Shown here: positions 18,552 through 27,333 of the stretch, piece by piece
Layout of the letters: every line of letters begins with the position of its first letter
How positions within the stretch are numbered: the first letter of the stretch is position 1
DNA from: Candidatus Multivorans sp.
Lineage (GTDB): Bacteria > Acidobacteriota > Thermoanaerobaculia > Multivoradales > Multivoraceae
Direction of reading: 5' to 3'
Assembly: GCA_965247095.1 (NCBI GenBank)
Contig: OZ251997.1
Span: forward strand, 1,632,001-1,696,000
Length of the DNA stretch: 64,000 nucleotides
Translations under genes and position numbers: made by a program
The notes under the pieces: generated by a model
Databases searched by the model: none
What the model saw: only the letters and a program-made list of their open reading frames with translations
What the model was told of the DNA's origin: nothing

Positions 18552-19391
18552 TTACGACCGCGGCCCAGACAGTCGCTGGAGCGTCGCCTGGCCGCCATTC
18601 GTGAAGCGCAACTCGATCACGTCCGGGTCAGCCAACTCACCCTGCGCGATGAGACCTCCCTTCTCCAACCATTGCTCCCAGATCTGTATCCGCCCGCCCT
18701 CAATCTCGAAATGATGGTCCTTCAAGGCGCCGTCTTCATCCATGAAGGCCACCCAGAAGGCGCGGTTCCGTTCGAAGAAGACCTTGCTGACGCCTTCCGT
18801 CTGTTCACCGATCACTTCCCAGGTGCCGTCGATCTCGGTCGGGGCCCGATTGTTGAAGTTGGCGACCCAGTACGTAAACGAGAAGGCCAGGACGCCCGCC
18901 ACAAGGACGCCGCATACCGTGGCCACCCGCGCCGCTCGCGTCGATTCGTGGTCTACAAACACAACGGCCAGCAACTGCCGGACATGGGGTCGGACCAGAT
19001 AGAGAAGTCCGCAGATCAGGATGATCGCCATCACCGTTGCACCGAGGTCCACGGCGAAGGCGATGTCGATCAGCACGACATTCACCATTGCCGGCAGCAG
19101 TACCAACGCCCCCGCGAGCGCGGTGCGCCGAAACGCGAGCAGCACGCCGCCGAGGATCTCGATCAGCGCGATGAAGCCCTTGTACAGGCCGGAGTAGCCA
19201 AAGAAGTACCACACGAGCCAGAAGGAGGAGACGTCCTCAAGCGGCGTCGCAAGCCGGGAGTCGAGAACGGTGAACTGCGAGGCGTTCACCTTCGCGAACC
19301 CGTAGATCATGAACTGCGCGACGCAGAACCAACGCACCACTCCTCGCAGGATGGTTTCCCGCTCTTCGCCGGCTGGCTGCACGGTTGTCAT
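18552..19391 (-). CDS. DoxX-like membrane protein with C-terminal beta-strand domain
   Basis: YGFAKVNASQF, LVWYFFGYS..Y and E..GG.LL.FRRT motifs; several TM helices. Confidence 0.7.
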   Translation of the reverse strand: MTTVQPAGEERETILRGVVRWFCVAQFMIYGFAKVNASQFTVLDSRLATPLEDVSSFWLVWYFFGYSGLYKGFIALIEILGGVLLAFRRTALAGALVLLPAMVNVVLIDIAFAVDLGATVMAIILICGLLYLVRPHVRQLLAVVFVDHESTRAARVATVCGVLVAGVLAFSFTYWVANFNNRAPTEIDGTWEVIGEQTEGVSKVFFERNRAFWVAFMDEDGALKDHHFEIEGGRIQIWEQWLEKGGLIAQGELADPDVIELRFTNGGQATLQRLSGPRS

Positions 19392-19571
19392 CACATGACC
19401 CTCATTGTTCGGACAAGAAAGCCCGCTATCTTCGTCACGACACGGGGACACACTCAGGCTACTACGGCCACCAACCGGGCCCGACCGAGCGTTCCGCCAT
19501 GCGCACGCTCTCCAGCCTGGGCAGAGGCCAGGCGGGTGTCACCGCCGCCATCCGACGCCCCGCCGGCGCCC

Positions 19572-20060
19572 CTACCCCGGGATTTCGACGACCAGGTACT
19601 CGCCCTCGCGGGTGACCGGGTAGGTCTCGGCCGTGTACGGGCCCTTGACCATGCCGGGGGCCGGAGCTTCGGGGTCCTCGATCGCAGTCGTCGCGGTCGT
19701 CGCGGCCTCGGTCGCTTCGGCGAGTTCCTCGCCGGCGACGGTCTCGACCTCGTAGCGGCGCACGCGCAGCCGCTCGGGCGCGCACCAGGACTGGCCGGTG
19801 CGGACGTGGAACTCCCAGCCGTGCCAGGGACAGGAGAGGATTTCGCGGCTCGGGCGGTACTCGAAGGCGCCGGGACGCTCGGAACGGAGCACGCCCCAGA
19901 GCTTGCCCTCGCACAGCTTGCCGCCCTGGTGCGGGCAGCGGTTGCGCAGCGCGAAGAACTCACCGTCCAGGTTGAAGACGCCGATCGAGCGGCCGGCGAC
20001 GGTCACGATCTTGCGGTCGCCGGATTCGATCTCGGACGCCTCGGCGACGACGTACTTCAT
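19572..20060 (-). CDS. Rieske [2Fe-2S] ferredoxin
   Basis: CPHQGG...CPWHGWEF; start MKYVVAE at 20060. Confidence 0.92.
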   Translation of the reverse strand: MKYVVAEASEIESGDRKIVTVAGRSIGVFNLDGEFFALRNRCPHQGGKLCEGKLWGVLRSERPGAFEYRPSREILSCPWHGWEFHVRTGQSWCAPERLRVRRYEVETVAGEELAEATEAATTATTAIEDPEAPAPGMVKGPYTAETYPVTREGEYLVVEIPG

Positions 20061-20100
20061 GCGCGGATGGCCTACGCCGAGATCGAGTCCGGCAGAGGCC

Positions 20101-21210
20101 CTAGAGCCCGTAGAGAGCGCGAGCGTTCTCGCGCTGGATGCCGCGGACGAGCTGCTCGTCGAGCCCGGAGGGCAGGACGACGTCGGGATTGTCACCGTCC
20201 CAGTGCGGGTAGTCGCTCGCAATGAGGATGTGGCTTGCCAGGTCGCCGAAGTGCTCGATCAGGGCCAGGAAGTCCCGGCGCCGTGGCGGCTCCTCGATCG
20301 GCTGGGTGGTGACGTAGACATGCTCGGCAATCACCTCGGACGGCAGGCGCTCGAGGTGCGGCGCTTCGGCGCGCAGCAGGCTCCAGGCGGAATCCAGACG
20401 CCAGATCAGGGGCGGCAGCCAGCCGAAGCCGTTCTCGACCGAGATCATCCGCAGGCTCGGGAAGCGATCGAAGACGCCTTCGACCACCATACTGGTGATG
20501 TTCGCCTGCACCGCCTGGGGCGGGCTCGTGTGGTCCTCGATGTAGTACGAGGCGTGCCCGGCCCCGGTGATCGGGTGACCGTAGGCGCCGAAGGCATGCG
20601 AGGCGACGTGCATACCGGTCTCGGCGCAGGCCTCGTAGATCGGCCAGTACTTGCGGCGGCCCATCGGCTCCTGCATCCGGCCCAGGAACAGCACCTGGAC
20701 GAAGCGCCCGTCGGCGCCGCAGCGCCGGATCTCGGCGGCCGCGGCGACCGGGTCCTGAGGCGTCACGACCGCGGACGCGCGCAACCGCGGCTCCGGGTCG
20801 AGCCACTCGGCGATCTGCCAGTCGTTGGCGGCGGTAGCCAGCGCCGCGCCCAGTTCCAGGTCGAGCGCCGAGGTGACCGGGGTCAGCGGGTTCAGGATGG
20901 CGTATTCCACGTTGTACGGGTCGAGAAAGTCCTCCCGCGCGAAGCCGACTTCCGAACCGGGGGTACGGCCTGACGGCGGCCGCGCCGCCTCGCGATGGTC
21001 CATGAAGCGCGGGTAGTAGCCGCTGTTCGGGTGGCGCACACCGAAGGTCTCGAGGTGGTCGCGCCAGCGCGTCGACAGGTACGGGTACAGATCCTTGATC
21101 GAGTCGAGCTCGTTGTGGAAGTCGCAGTCGATGATCGGCGGCCGCTTCGGCGCCAGCGCGGTAGGAAGCGCCGAGGTTTGGGTGGATGGCTCGATCAGGG
21201 TTACGGTCAT
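20101..21210 (-). CDS. Amidohydrolase-2 fold protein, probable catalytic subunit of a dinuclear oxygenase
   Basis: IDCDFH, YYIEDH, ENGFGW, TQPIEEP and SDYPHWD motifs. Confidence 0.85.
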   Translation of the reverse strand: MTVTLIEPSTQTSALPTALAPKRPPIIDCDFHNELDSIKDLYPYLSTRWRDHLETFGVRHPNSGYYPRFMDHREAARPPSGRTPGSEVGFAREDFLDPYNVEYAILNPLTPVTSALDLELGAALATAANDWQIAEWLDPEPRLRASAVVTPQDPVAAAAEIRRCGADGRFVQVLFLGRMQEPMGRRKYWPIYEACAETGMHVASHAFGAYGHPITGAGHASYYIEDHTSPPQAVQANITSMVVEGVFDRFPSLRMISVENGFGWLPPLIWRLDSAWSLLRAEAPHLERLPSEVIAEHVYVTTQPIEEPPRRRDFLALIEHFGDLASHILIASDYPHWDGDNPDVVLPSGLDEQLVRGIQRENARALYGL

Positions 21211-21212
21211 GG

Positions 21213-22229
21213 TTACCCTCCTTCGGACAAGCCGTAGAAGCTGCGGGCGTTCTCGAACCTGATCTTACGCCCCAGCGCTTCCGGCACCAGCCGCAGCAGG
21301 AGATCGCCGGCGTCGCAGGCGTGGACGTGGGGATAGTCGCTCGCGTAGAGCAGCAGGTCCTCCGACCCGAGCTGGTCGACGACTTCGCACAGGTGTGCGG
21401 GGTCCGGCGGCGCGTCGAGCGGCTGGATGCCGACCCGGACGTGCTCGCGGAAGTAGTCGGAAGGCGGACGGCGCACCCAGGGCACCAGCCGCCTCAGGTT
21501 TCGCCACTCCTTGTCCATGCGCCAGAGGTGGGCCGGGATCCAGGTGAAACCGGATTCCAGGAAGACGACCCGCAGATTCGGACAGGCGTCGAACACCCCC
21601 TCGACGATCATGCTCGTGAGTTGGGTCGCGAACACCTGCGCCATCGCCGTGTACTCCTCCAGGAAGAACGATGGCCAGCCGGTCGGTGTCGGCGGCATGA
21701 CGGGCGCGCCGCCGAAGTGGATCGCCGCCACCAGACCGCTCTCCTCGATCGTCTTCCAGAGCGGGTGATAGTGGCGGCTTCCCAGCGGGTGCTCGGTCCG
21801 GACCGGGATCAGGACCTGGACGAAGCCCGGCCTGCCGGCGCAGCGCTCGATCTCCTCGGCCGCCGCGCTCGGCAGTTGGATCGGCGCCACGACCGAACCG
21901 CGGAGCCGCGGTTCCTGCTCCAGCCACTCCCCCGCCTGCCAGTCGTTCGTGGCGCTCGCAAGGACGCAAGCCACGTCCGGGTTGTGGATGCTGTCGACCG
22001 CGTACAGACAGCTTGAGATCGCCGTTTCGGCCCCGCCCTGCTCGAACACCGCCTCGCGGAGTTCCGCCAGGCCGCCGCGGCGGCCGGCTACGGGCGACCT
22101 CGGCGGGTAGTACTCCTGGGAGGCGCCCTTGTCCACTGTGTTGTTGAAGTGCTCGACCCAGTGGCCGGGCAGCAGGGGCAACAGGTCCTTCAGGCGCGGA
22201 TTGGGGATGTGAACGTCGGCGTCGATCAT
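21213..22229 (-). CDS. Amidohydrolase-2 fold protein, probable partner subunit
   Basis: IDADVH, FFLEEY, ESGFTW, IQPLDAP and SDYPHVH motifs; paralog of 20101-21210. Confidence 0.85.
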   Translation of the reverse strand: MIDADVHIPNPRLKDLLPLLPGHWVEHFNNTVDKGASQEYYPPRSPVAGRRGGLAELREAVFEQGGAETAISSCLYAVDSIHNPDVACVLASATNDWQAGEWLEQEPRLRGSVVAPIQLPSAAAEEIERCAGRPGFVQVLIPVRTEHPLGSRHYHPLWKTIEESGLVAAIHFGGAPVMPPTPTGWPSFFLEEYTAMAQVFATQLTSMIVEGVFDACPNLRVVFLESGFTWIPAHLWRMDKEWRNLRRLVPWVRRPPSDYFREHVRVGIQPLDAPPDPAHLCEVVDQLGSEDLLLYASDYPHVHACDAGDLLLRLVPEALGRKIRFENARSFYGLSEGG

Positions 22230-22231
22230 GG

Positions 22232-22606
22232 CTAGGGCGTTCCCATCTCGAAGTAGTAGTGCCAGTGGCTTGAACACCCGGGATTGAACGCCGCGCCGCA
22301 ACCAGGGCAGGTCGAATCGCAGCCCATGTACTCGGCAATCGTAAGCCGCAGGCCGCAGATTCCGCACAGCACCGCCTCCCGGTCGCGCTCAGTTAGCGGC
22401 CAGACCGTCACGTGGTGGTCGGCCACCTCTCGGTGGCAGTCGATGCACGGAAACCACTCGCCGCAGCACGCAAAGCGCATGGCGATCACGTCCGCCGGGC
22501 CGTGGTAGTGGGCGCAACGGGTCTGAGTGTCCACACCCACTCCACGCACCACGGGTCGGGGTTCCGAGCCCGGCGAGCCGGCACGCTCCGAAAACAGGTC
22601 GACCAT
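22232..22606 (-). CDS. CHY zinc-finger protein
   Basis: CAHYH...CC...CIDCH...CGIC...CPGC...FNPGC..H; start uncertain. Confidence 0.85.
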   Translation of the reverse strand: MVDLFSERAGSPGSEPRPVVRGVGVDTQTRCAHYHGPADVIAMRFACCGEWFPCIDCHREVADHHVTVWPLTERDREAVLCGICGLRLTIAEYMGCDSTCPGCGAAFNPGCSSHWHYYFEMGTP

Positions 22607-22746
22607 CACGGCAACGCCAGCGCGACCAGTTTGGGTGTCGTCTTCTGAGCTGCCAGCGCCGTAGCTCCCAGGCTCGCGTGTCGTCCGATCTGCATGCCAT
22701 CCTCCGTCACCGCGGTCCCGGAGCCTATCGCCCAGCCTGCCCTCGT

Positions 22747-22872
22747 CGGATGCGGGCGCCCGCGTGCCATCCGCGCGCCCGCTGCGGGCGAGACGCCCGC
22801 GTGCCATCCGCGCGCCCGATGACGGGCGCACGGAGTGGTTCGCGGGTGGCGCGCCCCGCGCCACCCGGGTTC
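22747..22872 (-). repeat. Double-hairpin REP-like repeat, copy 5, composite with duplicated tail
   Basis: Core 22801-22872, plus two GCGGGCG(AGA)CGCCCGC-GTGCCATCCGCGCGCCCG-type modules. Confidence 0.85.
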
Positions 22873-22951
22873 CCAAGGCCTCGACTCGCCCGTTGTCCGT
22901 TCCAAACCGGGTTATCGTATGCGCCCGCAACGAGCAGCCAGGAGGCCACCC

Positions 22952-24193
22952 ATGCCAGCACTCGACGGCCTGCGAATCCTCGATTTGACGCAGTACGAAG
23001 CCGGAACCTCATGCACCCAGGCCCTGGCCTGGCTGGGCGCAGACGTGGTCAAGGTGGAGCGGCCCGGGACCGGCGATCCCGGACGCGGCCTCGCGGGCGG
23101 GCGGAGCACTGACGACTCCGAGTACTTCATCGCCTGGAACAGCAACAAGCGCAGCATCGCGATCAACCTCGGCACCGAAGAAGGCCGCGACCTGCTGCTG
23201 AAGCTCGCGCCCCGCTTCGACATCCTGGTCGAGAACTTCGGCCCCGGCGTGGTCGAGAAGCTGCGACTCGACTACGACTCGATCCGCGAGGTTCACCCCG
23301 AGGTCATCTACGGCCGGATCAAGGGTTTCGGCAACAGCGGGCCCTACAGCGACTTCAAGTGTTTCGACCCGGTGGCGCAGGCCGCAGGCGGCGCGATGTC
23401 GATCACCGGCAATGTCGACGGGCCGCCGCTCCGTCCCGGCACGACGATCGGGGACTGCGGGACCGGTGTGCAGATGGCCTTGGCGCTGTGCGCCGCATAC
23501 GCCCACAAGCTGCGCACCGGCAGGGGTCAACTGGTCGAAATCTCCATGCAGGAGGGGGTGACCTGGTTCATGCGCACCGCGATCGCGATGGGCGGCAGCT
23601 TCGGCAGTCAGGCTGCAGCGCGCAGCGGCACCGGTCGCGGAGCGATGATGAACATCTACGCCTGCAAACCGTTCGGCCCGAATGACTACGTCTACATGTG
23701 CGTGGTCACGAACCGGATGTGGAAGGCGCTCTGCGCAGCCATCGGCCGCGAGGAACTCGCCGACGATCCCCGCTACAACACTCCGAAGCTCCGCTTAGAG
23801 AACAGCGACGAGCTGACGGAAATCATCGCCGAGTGGACCGGCCACCGCACGAAGCACGAGGCGATGGCCATCCTCGGCCAGGCCGGCGTGCCGGCGAGCG
23901 CCGTTCTCGACACGCTCGACCTGTTCGCCGACCCGCACCTTGTCGAACGTGGATTCGTCCGCACGATCGACCATGAATCCAGGGGTCCGGTCCAGGTCCT
24001 GGGCTCACCGATGAACCTCAGCGACAGCCAGGTCGAGATCGAGGCGGCGCCGCTCCTGGGCCGCCACACCGACAGCGTCCTGGCCAATGAACTCAACCTC
24101 TCGCAAACTGAAATCGACCGGCTGCGCGCGGACGGTGTGCTAGGTGCGGCGCCCACGCCCGAAGCTGCAGGCGGCCAGGAGACCACGACATGA
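22952..24193 (+). CDS. Family III CoA-transferase (Frc/CaiB-like)
   Basis: LDGLRILDLTQYEAG, GADVVKVERPG.GD, NSNKRSI, ENFGPG and IGDCGTG motifs; GGAGG RBS. Confidence 0.92.
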   Translation: MPALDGLRILDLTQYEAGTSCTQALAWLGADVVKVERPGTGDPGRGLAGGRSTDDSEYFIAWNSNKRSIAINLGTEEGRDLLLKLAPRFDILVENFGPGVVEKLRLDYDSIREVHPEVIYGRIKGFGNSGPYSDFKCFDPVAQAAGGAMSITGNVDGPPLRPGTTIGDCGTGVQMALALCAAYAHKLRTGRGQLVEISMQEGVTWFMRTAIAMGGSFGSQAAARSGTGRGAMMNIYACKPFGPNDYVYMCVVTNRMWKALCAAIGREELADDPRYNTPKLRLENSDELTEIIAEWTGHRTKHEAMAILGQAGVPASAVLDTLDLFADPHLVERGFVRTIDHESRGPVQVLGSPMNLSDSQVEIEAAPLLGRHTDSVLANELNLSQTEIDRLRADGVLGAAPTPEAAGGQETTT

Positions 24194-25845
24194 CGACCCT
24201 GACCGGAGACACCCTGATCGCCCGCAGCTTGAAGCAGCAGGGCGTCGACTACATGTTCGGCATCGTCGGCTTCCCCGTCTACGGGATTGCCCACGCCGCA
24301 CAGCAGGCCGGCATCCAGTACTTCGGTTTTCGCAACGAGCAGGCGGCCAGCTATGCCGCCGGCGCGGTCGGCTATCTGACCGGGCGTCCGGGGGCGTGCC
24401 TCGCCGTGTCGGGTCCCGGCATGGTGCACGGCATTGCCGGCTTGGCCAACGCGGAGAAGAACTGCTGGCCGATGCTGCTGCTCGGCGGCGCCAACGACCG
24501 ATACCAGAACGGCCAGGGCGCCTTCCAGGAGTGCCCCCAGGTCGAGGCCGCGCGTCCGTTCACGAAGTACTCGGCCGAGATCGACGCCCCTCACCGGGCC
24601 CCTTTCTACGTCGAGCAGGCGGTGCGCACGTCGATCTACGGCCGTCCCGGCGCTTCCTACCTGAACCTGACGAACGACGTGTTGACCGCCCAGGTCGACG
24701 AAAAGGACGCGGAGTTCCCGCCCCGCTGCCCCGATCCACCGATCTCTCTCGCCGACCCGCGGGACGTCGAGCGCGCCGTGGGGGTTCTGCGCGAAGCGAA
24801 GAACCCGCTGGTCATCGTCGGCAAGGGTGCGGCCTACGCCCGCGCCGAGACCGAAGTGCGCCGCTTCGTTGCGCGCACCAACCTACCCGTGCTGCCGACG
24901 CCGATGGGCAAGGGCGTGGTCTCCGACGACGATCCGCACCTGGTCGCTCCGGCACGCTCCTTCGCGCTCCAGAACGCCGACGTGATCCTGCTGATCGGCG
25001 CCCGTCTGAACTGGATCCTCCACTTCGGCCAGCCGCCGCGCTTCAAGAAGGGCGTGCGGGTGCTCCAGATCGATCTTGCCGCCGAGGAGATCGGCGCCAA
25101 CGTCCCCACCGAGGTCGGCATGGTCGGCGACGCGCGGGCGGTCACGGCGCAGTTGAACGAGGCGCTCGACGCCGACCCCTTCGCGCTGCCCGCCGACAGC
25201 GAATGGCTGGCGAAGCTGCGCGAGAACGCGACGCAGAACCAGGCCGCGGTCCAGGCGATGCTCGAGGACGACAGCGAGCCGATGGGCTACTACCGCGCCC
25301 TGCGCGAGATTGCCGACCGCCTGGCGCCGCAGGACATGCTCATCGCCGAAGGCGCGAACACGATGGACATCTCCCGCACCGTGCTGCCGAACATGGAACC
25401 GCGCAAGCGACTCGACGCCGGCACATTCGGCACCATGGGCGTCGGCCTGGGGCTGGCGATCGCGGCCGCCGTGGTCCATCCCAACCGGCGGACGATCTGC
25501 GTCCAGGGCGATTCGGCGTTCGGCTTCTCCGGCATGGAGGTCGAAGTGGCCTGCCGGTACAACCTCCCCATCACTTTCGTTGTGATCAACAACAACGGCA
25601 TCGGCGGCGGCGTCAGCGAGTACATTCCCGGCAAGCCGCTGCCGACCTCCACCTACACCTTGCGTGCCCGCTACGAGCGCGTGATCGAGGCCTTCGGCGG
25701 CACGGGCTACCTGGTCGAGAAGGTGGCCGACCTCGGGCCGACGCTTGATGCGGCCCTCGCTTCCGACCGGCCGGCTCTGGTCAACGTGCTGATCGACCCG
25801 AAGGCGCAGCGGAAGCCGCAGAAGTTCTCCTGGCTCACCCGCTGA
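24190..25845 (+). CDS. ThDP-dependent 2-hydroxyacyl-CoA lyase / oxalyl-CoA decarboxylase family, HACL-like
   Basis: FRNEQAASYAA, GAFQE, LDAGTFGTMGVG and GDSAFGFSGME...NNNGI motifs; C-terminus RKPQKFSWLTR. Confidence 0.9.
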   Translation: MTTLTGDTLIARSLKQQGVDYMFGIVGFPVYGIAHAAQQAGIQYFGFRNEQAASYAAGAVGYLTGRPGACLAVSGPGMVHGIAGLANAEKNCWPMLLLGGANDRYQNGQGAFQECPQVEAARPFTKYSAEIDAPHRAPFYVEQAVRTSIYGRPGASYLNLTNDVLTAQVDEKDAEFPPRCPDPPISLADPRDVERAVGVLREAKNPLVIVGKGAAYARAETEVRRFVARTNLPVLPTPMGKGVVSDDDPHLVAPARSFALQNADVILLIGARLNWILHFGQPPRFKKGVRVLQIDLAAEEIGANVPTEVGMVGDARAVTAQLNEALDADPFALPADSEWLAKLRENATQNQAAVQAMLEDDSEPMGYYRALREIADRLAPQDMLIAEGANTMDISRTVLPNMEPRKRLDAGTFGTMGVGLGLAIAAAVVHPNRRTICVQGDSAFGFSGMEVEVACRYNLPITFVVINNNGIGGGVSEYIPGKPLPTSTYTLRARYERVIEAFGGTGYLVEKVADLGPTLDAALASDRPALVNVLIDPKAQRKPQKFSWLTR

Positions 25846-25911
25846 CGGGTAGGGCAGCGAAGCGGCGGTTCAAAGCACCCGAAGCAAGAGAAAAGCAGGA
25901 GACCTGGTCCC

Positions 25912-26766
25912 ATGGGCATCAAGATCGGCGACGTATCGATCACCCCGATCATCGAGATCGACTATCCAGTACCGGCATCCTTCCTGTTGCCGGACGCCAC
26001 GCCGGAGAACCTCGCGCCGGACCTGGACTGGCTCGAACCGCACTTCGTGACCCCGAACGGGGAACGGCTGAAGATGATCATCCAGGCCTTTCTGGTCGAA
26101 TCGAGGGGCCTGAAGATCGTCGTCGACACCTGCGTCGGCAACGACAAGCAGCGCGCCCTGCCGGCCTGGAACGAGCTCGACGGCCCCTTCCTGCAGGAGA
26201 TCCGTGACGCCGGCTTCCCGCGCGAGCAGGTCGACCTGGTGGTCTGCACCCACCTTCACATCGACCACGTGGGCTGGAACACGATGAAGGTCGACGGCAA
26301 GTGGGCGCCCACCTTCCCGAACGCGCGCTACATCATGGCGCGGCCCGAGTTCGACTACTGGAAGGACGCTGGAGAGGGCAACTGGGGCGATGTCTTCGGC
26401 GACTCGGTGGCGCCGGTCTTCGAGGCCGGCCTGGTCGATCTCGTCGACTGCGACCACCAGATCAACCCCGAACTCCAGTTCTTCCCCACCCCCGGCCACA
26501 CGCCGGGTCACTGCAGCATCGCCGTCTCCTCCGGCAGCGAGGAAGGCGTGATCTCGGGCGATGTGATGCACCACCCGTGTCAGTGCGCCCATCCCGAGTG
26601 GTGCTCGATCGCCGACATCGACCGCGACGCCGCGATCGCCGCCCGCCGCGGCTTCTGCGGACGCTTCAGCGACACCGGCATCACCGTCGTCGGCACCCAC
26701 TGGGCGGCGCCGACCGCGGTCCTGCTCACGGCCCACGGCGACGCGTGGAAGACCCAGGTCGATTGA
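25912..26766 (+). CDS. MBL-fold metallo-hydrolase
   Basis: THLHIDHVGWN, TPGHTPGH and GDVMH motifs. Confidence 0.92.
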   Translation: MGIKIGDVSITPIIEIDYPVPASFLLPDATPENLAPDLDWLEPHFVTPNGERLKMIIQAFLVESRGLKIVVDTCVGNDKQRALPAWNELDGPFLQEIRDAGFPREQVDLVVCTHLHIDHVGWNTMKVDGKWAPTFPNARYIMARPEFDYWKDAGEGNWGDVFGDSVAPVFEAGLVDLVDCDHQINPELQFFPTPGHTPGHCSIAVSSGSEEGVISGDVMHHPCQCAHPEWCSIADIDRDAAIAARRGFCGRFSDTGITVVGTHWAAPTAVLLTAHGDAWKTQVD

Positions 26767-26806
26767 GCCGGCTCGCCGGCCCACTCCGGTACACTCCGCC
26801 ACCGTC

Positions 26807-27286
26807 ATGACCGTCCCCCGCACCTTGCTCGCCCTCGCCGCCGCTGCCGCGGCCGTGTCGCTCGCGTCGTGCGCCAGCGAGGAAACCGGACCGCCCTTCC
26901 GCGAGGTCGCGGGAGTGCGGCTGCTGATGGCCTCCATGATCGAGCCCGCGGCCGATCACATCTGGGCTTCGGCCGGCACGATCATCACCGCCGAGGAGAC
27001 GATCGAGATCCAGCCCGAAACGGACGAGGACTGGATCCTCGTCCGCAACGCGACCGTCGCGGTCGCGGAAGCCGGCAATCTGCTGATGATGGACCGGCGC
27101 AAGATGGACGACGGCGACTGGCTCGCCTGGTGCCGGCAGATGATCGAAGCGGGCGATGCCGCGATGCAGGCTGCCGACGCCCGGGACGTCCAGGGCATCT
27201 TCGATACCGGCGAGCAGATCTACTTCTCCTGCGCCGGCTGTCACGCGCAGTACTGGGTCAACGATCCCAACCAGTTCCGTCCGTAG
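26807..27286 (+). CDS. Lipoprotein, class II (c'-like) cytochrome c
   Basis: Lipobox LASC; helical body; C-terminal CAGCH. Confidence 0.7.
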   Translation: MTVPRTLLALAAAAAAVSLASCASEETGPPFREVAGVRLLMASMIEPAADHIWASAGTIITAEETIEIQPETDEDWILVRNATVAVAEAGNLLMMDRRKMDDGDWLAWCRQMIEAGDAAMQAADARDVQGIFDTGEQIYFSCAGCHAQYWVNDPNQFRP

Positions 27287-27333
27287 GCGCACCGGCTGAA
27301 CGCTGCGCCGGCAGGGCTCGGAGGAGGACCGGG

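Noticed and set aside
18331-19470. Possible IS/MITE ends (GGTGTAGTGGCTCAGA...; ...CTCAGGCTACTACGGCC) around the DoxX-like gene
   Set aside because: Complementarity is too weak, with no target duplication or transposase.
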